Numbered from the stretch's first letter, positions 50,203 through 60,996 are shown. The stretch: DNA of 64,000 bases from Candidatus Bathyarchaeota archaeon (GCA_018396535.1 JAGTQC010000001.1:128001-192000); one strand, 5' to 3'. Program-made: numbers and translations. The notes: generated by a model from the sequence alone, not told the origin.

Positions 50203-51641
50203 ATATGATCGTATACATCCTTCAGCTTAACCCATAACTCGTAGAATCTATCCCTCCTCGCCCTGTATATACTCGTAAGCTTAGAGTCGGGATCCACTAC
50301 ATCTACGATCTTAAGGAAGCGTTGAATAGCTTCCTCAGGACCTTTACACACCCCTGCTTTAAGCACTACCGGTATTAGAGCACCTACGCATACCCTCTCC
50401 TCCATAACCTTTACTCTCCTCTCATAGATAGATGCTCTTATAATATTCCAAAACCTACTCCTACTACCGCCGCCTGTTATACGTACTTCATCGATCCTGG
50501 ATTCGAACAGCTTCTCAATGAGATGCATGTAGAAGTATTCAAGGAAGGCTACCGATACAAGCATAGATCTAACTATCCTACCTACTACAGTTTCTCTAGC
50601 TTCCGATGTAGGCCATAAGCCTAATATCGACGCTGCTAGCCTAGGATCATCGAATGGGCTTCTATCACCCTGCGGGAAGAATAGGTATTCAGATCCTGCA
50701 TCAGATAATTCAGCTAAACGATAAGCTTCACCTATATCTAAACCTAAAACCCTACTGATGAACCAATCTATGAACCCTCCTGTCACCGGAGCTGCTCCAG
50801 CTAGATATCCCGCTATAGGATGTTTATGGTAGTAGAGTGCTGGATGAAGCTTTATCTCCCTAGCGACATACTTAGGGACAGTAGTTGATCCACAACCTAT
50901 CGAGAAATCTCCTGGGGATATGCATCCAGAAGCTAGAGCTGAAGCATTTCCATCAGTTATACCGTGGAATATCTTAGCACCGTATAACCCAAGTTCATCA
51001 GCAAGCCTACTCCTAGCTATACCAGCGTAATCTCCGCATCCAACTATCCTAGGCATCAATGTTAGATCGACACCGACTTCATCGAATAGAGGCTTAAACC
51101 AGCATGGAGGATCAACCGTTATATCCTCACCGAATTTTAAAGCATTAGTATGATCGACTTCTAGATCCTCCCATAGAGATCCTTCAGGTATTATTAACCT
51201 ATAAGTTAGCCATGTAGTAGGTGGTAGGATCCATCTAGCCTTACGGAAGATATCAGGCTTCATCTTCATAAGCTTCAGGATCCTTGGTAACGGTGATGTA
51301 GCTGAGATAGCAGACCCCTTCCTTCCTATCTCCAAGACGGAAGGCATGGATTTAATCTCTTCATACTCCTCTACAGCCTTCTCGTAGTACATAGATGGGG
51401 GGAATAGGGGTGTACCATATCGATCGACTACTACGAAGCTTCCAGAAGTGCTATCGACGACGACGATCTTCTCCTCATCAGATTCTCGTATATCTGGCAT
51501 AGCTTCCTTCAAAGCGTTAACCCAATCTACGGTATCCTGTTTATCGATCTTGGCAGATCCGTATGCTTTGAGAAAACCATACTCATCGAAAACCTCGATT
51601 CTAACACCAGTAGTACCTAGATCTATAGATGTTAAAAGCAT
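50199..51641 (-). CDS. FGGY family carbohydrate kinase
   Basis: IDLGTT and TGGGSRS motifs; probable ATG start at 51641. Confidence 0.88.
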   Translation of the reverse strand: MLLTSIDLGTTGVRIEVFDEYGFLKAYGSAKIDKQDTVDWVNALKEAMPDIRESDEEKIVVVDSTSGSFVVVDRYGTPLFPPSMYYEKAVEEYEEIKSMPSVLEIGRKGSAISATSPLPRILKLMKMKPDIFRKARWILPPTTWLTYRLIIPEGSLWEDLEVDHTNALKFGEDITVDPPCWFKPLFDEVGVDLTLMPRIVGCGDYAGIARSRLADELGLYGAKIFHGITDGNASALASGCISPGDFSIGCGSTTVPKYVAREIKLHPALYYHKHPIAGYLAGAAPVTGGFIDWFISRVLGLDIGEAYRLAELSDAGSEYLFFPQGDRSPFDDPRLAASILGLWPTSEARETVVGRIVRSMLVSVAFLEYFYMHLIEKLFESRIDEVRITGGGSRSRFWNIIRASIYERRVKVMEERVCVGALIPVVLKAGVCKGPEEAIQRFLKIVDVVDPDSKLTSIYRARRDRFYELWVKLKDVYDHI

Positions 51642-51809
51642 AGCGTAAAAATCTATATACGAATTCATATATTTATCCTTTAGCATATATATTATGCATC
51701 CATATACATATATTGATATGCATTATCCCTCAATCCATAATGATTAAGCGAACAGTTTTAGTGTTAATCCTTATCTTAGACTGAAGCTGATCATTATAAC
51801 GTTGAATCG

Positions 51810-53144
51810 ATGTCTATAGTAGACTTAGGAAAAAATCTATTCGAAGCATTAAGGAAGATTACTAGCCGCTCATCTGTAGATAGGGAGGGTATCAAAGAAT
51901 TATGTAACGATCTTACTAGAGCATTCCTTAAAGCAGACGTGAACCTAAAGCTAGCTCTAGATATTGTTAAAAGAGTTGAAAATAGAGCTTTAAACGAAGA
52001 GGTACCAGTAGGTTTTACACGTAGAGAGCATATAGTTAAGATAGTCTACGAGGAGATAGTGAAGCTACTAGGCGGAGAGAAGACGTTTATACCTATGCCT
52101 AAACCCGGTTGCTTAACCACAATGATGCTTGTAGGTATCCAGGGATCTGGAAAGACTACGACTGCCGCTAAACTTGCTAGATTCTACATACAGAGGGGGT
52201 TTAAGGTTGGTTTAATATGTGCAGATACATATAGAGCTGGAGCTTACCAGCAACTTATGCAGCTAGCTAGAGATGTAGGTGCTCAATTCTATGGAGATCT
52301 AGAATCTAAGGATCCTATAAAGATAGTCGAGGATGGTATACGAGAGCTAAGCCGTAGGAAGGTGGATCTAATCATAATAGATACAGCTGGTAGACATAAG
52401 GATGAGAAATCGCTTATGGAGGAGGCGAGACTTCTATACGAGAAGATTAAACCAGACTTCGTAGGTTTAATCCTAGATGGAACTATAGGGCAGCAAGCGG
52501 CAGTTCAAGCTGAAGCTTTCAAGAAGGTTTGCGATGTAGGCTTCGTAGTAGTGACCAAGCTTGATGGATCTAGTAGAGGGGGTGGAGCTCTTTCAGCAGT
52601 AGCTGCGACTGGCGCACCGATATCATTCATAGGCTTAGGAGAGAAGGTGAGCGAGCTAGAGGAGTTCGATCCAGCTAGATTCACTGCTAGACTTCTAGGT
52701 CTCGGAGATATAAGAGGATTGATAGAGAAGGCTAGAGAAGCTGAAGTGGAGGTATCTAGACGAAGAGCTTCGGCAATCCTATACGGGAAGTTCACGTTGA
52801 AGGATTTCTATGAGCAGATAGAAGCTTCAAGAAAACTTGGACCAATAAGTAAGGTTCTATCCCTCATACCGGGATTGGCATATCGTATACCAGAGGAGGA
52901 GTTAGAGGAGATCGAGAAGAATCTGGATAAATGGAGGGCTATACTCCAATCTATGAGGAAGGAGGAGTTAGAGGATCCAAGAGTAATAAACCTCTCGAGG
53001 ATTAGAAGGATAGCTAGGGGGGCTGGTGTAAAGGAGAGTGATGTGAAAGAGCTGTTGAAGAGGTATGAAGATGCTAGGAAGCTTCTCAAAGCTATGAGAG
53101 GTAGACGTGTACCTATATCTAAGTTTAGAGGCCTAGGATGCTAG
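51810..53144 (+). CDS. srp54: signal recognition particle protein Srp54
   Basis: GIQGSGKTTT, DTAGRH, TKLDG and M-domain SRIRRIARGAG. Confidence 0.96.
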   Translation: MSIVDLGKNLFEALRKITSRSSVDREGIKELCNDLTRAFLKADVNLKLALDIVKRVENRALNEEVPVGFTRREHIVKIVYEEIVKLLGGEKTFIPMPKPGCLTTMMLVGIQGSGKTTTAAKLARFYIQRGFKVGLICADTYRAGAYQQLMQLARDVGAQFYGDLESKDPIKIVEDGIRELSRRKVDLIIIDTAGRHKDEKSLMEEARLLYEKIKPDFVGLILDGTIGQQAAVQAEAFKKVCDVGFVVVTKLDGSSRGGGALSAVAATGAPISFIGLGEKVSELEEFDPARFTARLLGLGDIRGLIEKAREAEVEVSRRRASAILYGKFTLKDFYEQIEASRKLGPISKVLSLIPGLAYRIPEEELEEIEKNLDKWRAILQSMRKEELEDPRVINLSRIRRIARGAGVKESDVKELLKRYEDARKLLKAMRGRRVPISKFRGLGC

Positions 53145-54162
53145 GGATATTCTCCTCGTATGGAGGTGTTACGATACCCCTCTCCGTTATTATACCTGTT
53201 ATAAGTTCTCCTGGGGTAACGTCGAAAGCTGGGTTTAATACCTCGACACCTTCAGGAGCAATTCTTAAACAACCTATCTCTAAGACTTCTCTTGGACTCC
53301 TATACTCTATCGGAATCTCCTCCCCACATCTAATATTCGGATCGATAGTAGATGTAGGCGCAGCTACATAGAATGGTATACCATGCCTCCTAGCTAACAC
53401 AGCTATAGTATATGTTCCTATCTTATTCGCTGTATCACCGTTTAAAGCTATACGATCAGCCCCTACTACAACCTTATCGATAAAGCCCTTCGCCATAACA
53501 AAACCGACCATACCATCTGTGATAAGTGTTACAGGTACACCTTCACTTACAAGTTCGAAAACCGTAAGTCTAGCTCCCTGTAGTTTAGGTCTAGTCTCTG
53601 TAGCATAGACTCTAACCCTCTTACCAGCGGCTATAGCACTCCTAATCACACCTAGAGCCGTACCCCAACCTGCTGTTGCTAGGGCACCAGCATTACAGTG
53701 CGTCAGTATTCTATCTCCATCCCTAATAAGTTTCTCCCCATACAATCCTATACGTCTATTAGCTTCGATATCCTCCTCCTCTATACTCTTAGCTTCATCT
53801 AGAGCAATCCTCCTAGCTTCTTCTACACTACTAGCTTCGAGTATACGTTTCCTAACCCTATCTAGAGCCCAGAATAGATTGTACGCTGTAGGTCTCGTAC
53901 TCCTCAGAAGCTCATAGGCTTTTTCGAGTTCTAATCTAAGCCCCTCTACATCCCTTATACAAGTATTGATTATCGATAGAGCTAAACCATATGCTGCAAC
54001 GACACCTATAGCTGGAGCACCCCTAACCTTCATACTCTTTATACAATCCGCCACCTCTTCAGCAGATCTACACTCCACATACTCAACCCTACCGGGTAGA
54101 AGATTTTGATCTAAGATATGTAGAGCATTATCCTTGAATATGAATGCCTTCACAGCCATCAT
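53125..54162 (-). CDS. mtnA: S-methyl-5-thioribose-1-phosphate isomerase
   Basis: VRGAPAIG, THCNAGALAT, ETRP.LQGARLT and NPAFDVTP motifs. Confidence 0.92.
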   Translation of the reverse strand: MMAVKAFIFKDNALHILDQNLLPGRVEYVECRSAEEVADCIKSMKVRGAPAIGVVAAYGLALSIINTCIRDVEGLRLELEKAYELLRSTRPTAYNLFWALDRVRKRILEASSVEEARRIALDEAKSIEEEDIEANRRIGLYGEKLIRDGDRILTHCNAGALATAGWGTALGVIRSAIAAGKRVRVYATETRPKLQGARLTVFELVSEGVPVTLITDGMVGFVMAKGFIDKVVVGADRIALNGDTANKIGTYTIAVLARRHGIPFYVAAPTSTIDPNIRCGEEIPIEYRSPREVLEIGCLRIAPEGVEVLNPAFDVTPGELITGIITERGIVTPPYEENIPSILGL

Positions 54163-54213
54163 AGGAGATCTAATATACCGCTGAGATAATAATCATTTAT
54201 AGTTAGCGTTAGT

Positions 54214-54783
54214 ATGGGGAAGCTGAACGGTATGGTTAAGGCTAGGCTTAGAGGGGTTGAGACGATAGTAGAGGGGGATCAGGGAGCTATAGGCTCCCTC
54301 ATGGATAGAGGATATGGTAGACTTGAAGATGGTCGATTAATACTATCACCTGTGGAGGCTCTATACCTAGCATCCGAGGGGAGGGTGGAGGTCGTAGATG
54401 AGAATGGCTCAAATTTAACTATAGACCAACTGTTATCAAGGTTTTTATCCTATGATCCAGATGTATGGGTTAAGTACTTAGTCTATAGGGATCTTAGGAG
54501 TAGAGGCTACGTAGTTAAGGATGGGGTTGGACTAGGATGCGATTTCAGAGTCTATAGGAAGGGGGGATACGGAAGGGAGGCTGCGAAGTACTTAGTCTTT
54601 GCGCTACCTGAGGGTAGAAGCTATAAGCTTAGTGAACTTGAGAGTATAGCATCAGAGACTAGGAGACTTGGAAAGGAGCTTATACTTGCTATAATAGATA
54701 GAAGGGGGGATATAGTATACTATAGTTTAAACCTTATACCTTCAAGGTTTAAAGCCGATAGGGAGGTTGAGGAGGAGTTATGA
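54214..54783 (+). CDS. endA: tRNA-intron endonuclease subunit (probably the structural subunit)
   Basis: LSPVEALYL, VYRDLRSRGY and DFRVY motifs; catalytic Tyr and His are replaced. Confidence 0.85.
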   Translation: MGKLNGMVKARLRGVETIVEGDQGAIGSLMDRGYGRLEDGRLILSPVEALYLASEGRVEVVDENGSNLTIDQLLSRFLSYDPDVWVKYLVYRDLRSRGYVVKDGVGLGCDFRVYRKGGYGREAAKYLVFALPEGRSYKLSELESIASETRRLGKELILAIIDRRGDIVYYSLNLIPSRFKADREVEEEL

Positions 54784-56078
54784 AAATAAACCCTCCTAGA
54801 GGTATGAAGGATTTCCTACCAGAGGATCTAGCTAAAAGACGCTACGTCGAGGAGTGTGTGAGAAAATTATTCAAACTCTATGGATATGAGGAGGTGGAGA
54901 CACCGACTTTGGAAAGCTATGAGTTACTAGCAGCTAAGGTTGGGGAGGAGACTAGACGCTCCATGTATATAGTTGAGGATCTGAAGGGTAGGAGGTACGC
55001 GCTTAGACCTGAGGGTACTTCACCTATAGCTAGACTAGTGGTTACTAAACTTAAAACGTATCCTAAGCCTATAAGACTTGGCTATATATGGGATTTCTAT
55101 AGATATGATGAACCCCAATTCGGTAGGTATAGACGCTTCTATCAAGGAGGATTCGAGCTTATAGGTGCATCCACTATCGAAGCAGATGTTGAAATCCTCA
55201 GTATAGCTATACATCTATTCCGTATGCTTAACATACCTAGCTTCTACTTGAAGATGAATCATGTAGGTGTAATTAGATCCCTCCTCGCATACTATGGTTT
55301 CGATGAGGATGTACAGAACCATATCCTATTCCTAGCTGATAAGAAGCGATACGATGAATTAATAGGATACCTTGCAGATCTAAAGGCTTCTAATACTCTT
55401 GTAGATACGGTTTCAGAACTCATCAAGCTTAAAGGTTTCGATATAGATTCTGTGATAAGTAAAGCTAGAAGCCTATTGATGAATTATGATGAAGCTCTCC
55501 GATCGCTCGAAAAACTCGAATCTATAGTGAAGCTAGCGTTAAAGGTGAATGGCGATACTAGGATATACCTAGATTTAGGCTTTGGTAGAGGTTTAGAGTA
55601 TTATACTGGAATGATATTCGAGGTATTCGTCGACGGGGTTGATATAGCTTTAGCCGGTGGCGGACGATACGATAAGCTTATAGAATTCTATGGAGGGGAG
55701 CCTACCCCAGCTGTAGGATTCTCACCTGGGATAGATAGGATAGTATCTGTGATGGAGAAGCTAGGTATCCTACCAGAGATGCAGAATGAGAAGCTACTAT
55801 TAGTCGTACCTGTTTCAGACCAGTATAGCTGCGATGCCTTATTGATCGCTAATAACCTTAGACTTATGGATATACCAGTAGTAGTAGAGGTTAACCTACG
55901 TAGGCTGAGAGATTCATTATCCTACGCAGATAAAGTAAGATTCAGATATGTAGCGATAATAGGTGAAGAGTATAGGGATGGCTTAATAGTATTAAGGGAT
56001 ATGAAAGCTAGAAGTCAGGTATTGGTTACGCTAGATAAGCTTTTAGAAATACTTAGAAGTGATAGAAGTTGGATATAG
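54780..56078 (+). CDS. hisS: histidine--tRNA ligase
   Basis: PRGMKDF, LRPEGT, RGLEYYTG and GGGRYD motifs. Confidence 0.96.
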   Translation: MKINPPRGMKDFLPEDLAKRRYVEECVRKLFKLYGYEEVETPTLESYELLAAKVGEETRRSMYIVEDLKGRRYALRPEGTSPIARLVVTKLKTYPKPIRLGYIWDFYRYDEPQFGRYRRFYQGGFELIGASTIEADVEILSIAIHLFRMLNIPSFYLKMNHVGVIRSLLAYYGFDEDVQNHILFLADKKRYDELIGYLADLKASNTLVDTVSELIKLKGFDIDSVISKARSLLMNYDEALRSLEKLESIVKLALKVNGDTRIYLDLGFGRGLEYYTGMIFEVFVDGVDIALAGGGRYDKLIEFYGGEPTPAVGFSPGIDRIVSVMEKLGILPEMQNEKLLLVVPVSDQYSCDALLIANNLRLMDIPVVVEVNLRRLRDSLSYADKVRFRYVAIIGEEYRDGLIVLRDMKARSQVLVTLDKLLEILRSDRSWI

Positions 56079-56830
56079 CTAGATTCACATCAGGTTCAAC
56101 CCCTACTGAGCTAGTATTCCTAGAAGATTCCTACTCGACAAAGTTTGAAGCTACTGTTCTGAAGAGTTTCAGAGAGAAACATAGAGCGTATATCTGTCTC
56201 GATAAGACACTATTCCATCCAAGAATGGGTGGGCAACCAAATGATGAAGGATTCATAGAGTATATGAACGGAAGTATACATGTTACTAAAGCCTTCATAA
56301 ATAACGGAGTGGTAGTTCACATAGGATCGATACTTTATGGAGATATACCTAGAGAGGGTGTGACTGTCTATGGAAAGATAGATTGGATTAAACGATACAA
56401 GATTATGCGTAGACATACAGCAGGACATCTATTAGACTATTGTATTTCAAGAATCCTAGATAGAAGTATCCGAACTATAGATCTATGGATGGGTGATCCA
56501 TGCTACACGGTATACGATACCCGTATAAGCTTAGAGGATATCGCTAGAATAGAGTATGAAGCTAGTAAGATAATCGAGAGCGATAGAAACGTCTACTTTA
56601 CCTACATAGATCACTATGAACTTCAACAGCGATATCCTGACGCTCCGAATCTATATAGGCTCCCAATGGGGTTGAATAGGTATAGAATCGTCGTTATAGA
56701 TGGATGCAATAGCATACCATGCACCGGTACTCATGTACGTAGATTATCTGAGATAGGATGTATCAAGATAGATAGAATTGAATATACTACTGAAGGTTAC
56801 TCTAAATTGTACTACGATGTATACCCTTAA
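56069..56830 (+). CDS. AlaX-family alanyl-tRNA editing protein
   Basis: GGQP.D, HTAGH and CTGTH motifs. Confidence 0.9.
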   Translation: MDIARFTSGSTPTELVFLEDSYSTKFEATVLKSFREKHRAYICLDKTLFHPRMGGQPNDEGFIEYMNGSIHVTKAFINNGVVVHIGSILYGDIPREGVTVYGKIDWIKRYKIMRRHTAGHLLDYCISRILDRSIRTIDLWMGDPCYTVYDTRISLEDIARIEYEASKIIESDRNVYFTYIDHYELQQRYPDAPNLYRLPMGLNRYRIVVIDGCNSIPCTGTHVRRLSEIGCIKIDRIEYTTEGYSKLYYDVYP

Positions 56831-57271
56831 CGTATAGTATAGTTGTGACGATCACAGGTATAGATTGAACCGAATTCACGTCGAAATTAATCTAAACCTA
56901 TACTTAAATCAAACATATTCGAATTTTCTTGGAACATGTTTTGAATTAAGTTACATGTACCTATTGATCTAAAAGCTGCACCATCCATATTACAAGCAGA
57001 TATTTAGCTCATCTCTCGCATATAGATAGGCTTCTCTTAAAAGGATGGGTATAGACTTTGATAAACTTGGATGTAAACTATATACGACTGAGTATCACCT
57101 CCAGTAGTTCCAAGATGAAATACTGTAGATACGATGAAGCCTCAGAAGAGTTCTATCTCTTATGTTTGATATGAAAGAGTATAAATAATACAAAAATTTA
57201 CGATAAAACTTGTAGCTCGTAAAGATTACCCTCATTTTAGTAAGCACCAGTATCACTTTAGCATAATGTCT

Positions 57272-58341
57272 TCAGCCGTTTTTCATAGATAATACTATCG
57301 ATGTTGCTATGATAGCTATAGCAACCGCTATAAGCAAAATATCTAACAGATGCAGAGTGGTTAGGGTAAAGGCTTCAGTAGGTAATACTACACCTCCAAC
57401 TGGTAATCTATATTGGCTTAACGCTTCTTCAACATTATTTTCAAGCTCTCCTAAAGTATCTCCTGCAGCATATACCATATGAATTGCCTTAGTTTCACCA
57501 GGTCTTAACGTTCCTAAGAACCAATCGTAGACTACACAGTAATCGCCTAAGTATGGCGCTGCTCCATCGCTTCTTATGGAGAATTTCTCAGGCAGTGCAA
57601 TACCCCTGCTCATATAATCATCCCAATCCAAATCGTAGTCTGTTGGTGGTTCTAGCGATGCGAAGCCTATGTAAACTGTGCCTGGTGCGATAGTTGTTTT
57701 CACAAAGGCAACGGCTAAGTTTAAGTTCGGCATCCTTATATCGTCCATACCCCAATAATTATCGTAGTCTCCGATGAGCGGGTACCAGATATCCAAGTCT
57801 ACAATCCTCTTATATTCAAGGTCTGCTATAATCTCTGTACCTGTATTCGTTATATAAGTTTCGATTTTAATATACTTCTTATCACTGAAGATTTCCACTC
57901 TAAACTCCAGTAGTAGGGTGTTATCGTTTGTGGATATCTTGATTATATGGAGGTAGCCGTATGGTGTCGTTATCCATGTTACTGTCGGAGTAGCCCCTCG
58001 ATCGTCCCCCAAGCATCATCTGTGGGGCTGAAACCGGCACTATTACTGCCATAGAAGACTGACCAGCCGTCACCCCACCATCCTACAGTAAGAGACTCAT
58101 AATCATAGCCTATCGGGTATTGAAAACCGACATCTTCACCTAAATCAGAATCATAGATACCTAAAGCACCGTAGTTATTGACCCCAACCCTTAGGTAGCT
58201 CCCAGTATAGGTTTTCCCTATGTAATAACTGCCTGTCTCTAAATTCTGAGAGTCGAAAGCCGCTATAGCATTAAGAAAGGACAGAAAGATTACCATTGAA
58301 AAAAGAAGAATAGTTTTATATTTCTTTCTAATTACTTTCAT
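57272..58341 (-). pseudogene. secreted surface protein split by a single frameshift; C-terminal PVGG + TM tail
   Basis: The ORFs 57979-58341 (signal peptide) and 57272-58012 overlap and join if one G is added at ~57994-58010. Confidence 0.8.
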
Positions 58342-58918
58342 GCCAGTGATTTTGTTCCGTATACATATATAAATTTTTCGATTTACTATATGGGTAGATC
58401 GGTGAAGTATGGGAAATGCGATCCAACAGTGGATAGACGTATATGTGGTGTAAGCTTTCAGATATGGAAGGTAGGATTAACTCCAAAGAATCTTCAATAA
58501 GTTGATCAGAGGGAATGCTAGGTAGAGATGAAGGAAACGAATCGTTACGTATCTCTATTTAACTTAGAGATCAGAGTGTATCCAACAAAGTATAGTGAAG
58601 ATTCGTCGAAGATATAAAGCGGTAGGATTATTGAATACTTAGAAAGAACTCGTGAACAATATAATTAGTGATGTTACTATATTGGAATATGAGGGTTAGG
58701 CATCCAAGTTGGGTAGATAGCTAGCCACCTGCTCGTTAAAAAGCGGCTTGCTAGAGTTTAAGGATAAGGGGCTATAATCGCCTTAATTATAACAAACTAC
58801 TCTAGAATAAACTTAAACTATTCATAAAATAATCTTCTTCTAGTAGTAGCATCGAATAGCCATACTTAGTATACCTAACTACCTCGATAAACTGGATGAA
58901 AAGAGTCAAGCCTGAAGA

Positions 58919-58995
58919 TGGTGGGCCGGCCCGGATTTGAACCGGGGATCTCCACCTCGTAAGGGTGGCATCTTACCAGGCTAGACCACCGGCCC
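58919..58995 (-). tRNA. tRNA-Val(TAC)
   Basis: GGGCCGG acceptor, CCACC-CTTACGA-GGTGG anticodon arm, encoded CCA. Confidence 0.96.
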
Positions 58996-59084
58996 ATATA
59001 GTTTTTGCTTAAGGCTAGAGTTAATCTAGCTCTAGGTTAATCTTAAAAAGTTTATCGGATCTAAACGGCTATCTTTTAGGATGT

Positions 59085-59516
59085 ATGCCGATCGAAGTAC
59101 TTGATGAGATCGATAGGAGAATACTAGAGATTTTAAGGGAGAATTCTAGGGTGAGCTTTACAACTATAGCTAACGAGCTTGGTATATCGGAGGCTTCGGT
59201 TAGGAGGAGGGTTAAAGCTCTCATCGATAGTGGTGTAATAAGAAAGTTTACTATAGAGACTGGTATAGAGACTGGTATAGAGGCGTTTGTATTTGTATCG
59301 GTAGATCCATCTAGGCTTACAGGTGAGGTAGCTAGCGAAGCATTAAATCTTAAGGGTGTTAGGGCTGTTTATGAGGTTACTGGGGAGTACGATGCTGTTA
59401 TACTATTACATGTAGATTCTATTCAGGAGTTGAATAAATGTATTGACGAGATCCGTAGAATTGAAAGCGTGAAGAGGACTAATACCGTCATAATATTGCG
59501 AACATTGCAGAAGTAG
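59085..59516 (+). CDS. Lrp/AsnC family regulator (LysM-like)
   Basis: LDEIDRRIL...NSR...ISEASVRRRV and YEVTGEYD motifs; upstream of homocitrate synthase. Confidence 0.9.
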   Translation: MPIEVLDEIDRRILEILRENSRVSFTTIANELGISEASVRRRVKALIDSGVIRKFTIETGIETGIEAFVFVSVDPSRLTGEVASEALNLKGVRAVYEVTGEYDAVILLHVDSIQELNKCIDEIRRIESVKRTNTVIILRTLQK

Positions 59517-59574
59517 ATCTGGAGATTCCTACGAAACTTTTTTATCTTTGACGATATCCTTTAGAGGAGGGTGT

Positions 59575-60996
59575 ATGACGGTTATAAGACTTGATGGGAT
59601 ACTCGATTCGACTCTTAGAGAAGGTGAGCAGACGCCTACGGTCTACTTTACACCGGAGGAGAAGTGTAGGATAGCTGAGATGATATACTTAACGCTAGGT
59701 TCTAGATCGGTGTTGGAGATAGGGGCACCTTATAGCCCAGAGTATACAGAGGGTGTTGAAGCTGTGGTGAAGTATTTCGATGAAAGAGGGTATAAAGCTC
59801 TACTCGCTAGCCATTGTAGGACGTTAAGAGGGGATGTGGATATAGCTTGGAAATGTGGAACTAGATGTATAACAGTCTTCATGGCTGCATCTGATAAACA
59901 CCTCCTCTATAAGTTTGATGGGTTAAGCTATGAAGCAGCGTTGAATAGGATAAGGGATGTTATAAGGTATGCTAAGGATATAGTCGGCTTCGATAGGGTT
60001 GAGTATACACTTGAAGATGCTACTAGTATGCCTATAGAGAGGATAATAGAAGTAGCTAAGACTGCGGAGGAGGCTGGTGCCGATGTCGTTAAGATACCTG
60101 ATACTAAGGGTCAGACTGATCCGTGGAGTTTCTACGATATTATCTCTAAACTCGTAGAGTCTATATCCATACCAGTCGATGTACACTGTCATAACGATAG
60201 GGGTCTTGCAGTAGCTAATAGTATAGCAGCTCTGAAAGCTGGTGCACGGTATGTTAACGTAGCTGTAATGGGGCTTGGTGAGAGATGCGGAATAGCCGAT
60301 ATGGCTACTCTCGTAGAGAATCTGGAAACATTGTACGGTGTTGATACAGGTGTGAACTTCAAGATGATACCTAAGCTATATAGGTATGTATCAGCTGTAA
60401 CAGGTATACCTATACATCCGCAGCATCCTATAATCGGTAGGTTTGCAAGGATACATAAAGCCGGGACTCATCAAAAGACTGTTCTAAGAGCTCCGGACGC
60501 CTACGAGACTATAGATTGGAGTAAATATGGGTTAGAGAGAGAGTATGAGTTTGGAGCTATGCAGTCTAAGGAACTAGTGAACTACATACTGAGAGGCTTC
60601 GATGTATCTGAGGATAAGAAGATGGAGATAGTGGAGGAGATAAGGCGGAGGTCTATGCATCTAAAACGCTCGTTAAAGATGGGTGAAGTATGGCGTATAA
60701 TAGAGGAGAAGACTGGTATATCTATGAAAACCTATGAGGAGTATTTTGATGCGATTATATTCATTAAAACTAAGCCTTCGATAGATGAAGAGAGCTTCCT
60801 GAGAATGCTTAGAGAATATCTCTTGGAGTTAGAGATGACTTGGACAACATACGAAGTAACAGGTCTATGGGATTACATACTACATCTCAAGAATGTAGGT
60901 GGAGGGCAACAGTTGGATGAGATTACTGCTAGAATTAGGAGAATGCCTGCTGTAGTCGATACGAGTACGTCTATAGTTTTTGAGGAATACCGGTGA
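59575..60996 (+). CDS. homocitrate synthase-like DRE-TIM enzyme with a C-terminal RAM domain
   Basis: LDSTLREGEQ, HCHND, GLGERCG and HKAG motifs; C-terminal YEVTG.WDY Lrp-type domain; SD GGAGGG before ATG 59575. Confidence 0.85.
   Translation: MTVIRLDGILDSTLREGEQTPTVYFTPEEKCRIAEMIYLTLGSRSVLEIGAPYSPEYTEGVEAVVKYFDERGYKALLASHCRTLRGDVDIAWKCGTRCITVFMAASDKHLLYKFDGLSYEAALNRIRDVIRYAKDIVGFDRVEYTLEDATSMPIERIIEVAKTAEEAGADVVKIPDTKGQTDPWSFYDIISKLVESISIPVDVHCHNDRGLAVANSIAALKAGARYVNVAVMGLGERCGIADMATLVENLETLYGVDTGVNFKMIPKLYRYVSAVTGIPIHPQHPIIGRFARIHKAGTHQKTVLRAPDAYETIDWSKYGLEREYEFGAMQSKELVNYILRGFDVSEDKKMEIVEEIRRRSMHLKRSLKMGEVWRIIEEKTGISMKTYEEYFDAIIFIKTKPSIDEESFLRMLREYLLELEMTWTTYEVTGLWDYILHLKNVGGGQQLDEITARIRRMPAVVDTSTSIVFEEYR

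Noticed and set aside
58380-58800. Possible winged-helix regulator relic (RIIEYLER...)
   Set aside because: Too many stops and too little similarity to support a call.
21846-58995. Two near-identical tRNA-Val genes as att repeats of an integrated element
   Set aside because: Both are complete isoacceptors (CAC, TAC), the interval is core housekeeping DNA, and no integrase is present.
59252-59282. 12-nt tandem repeat TATAGAGACTGG x2.5
   Set aside because: In-frame IETG duplication in the Lrp linker; too short for a CRISPR or functional repeat.
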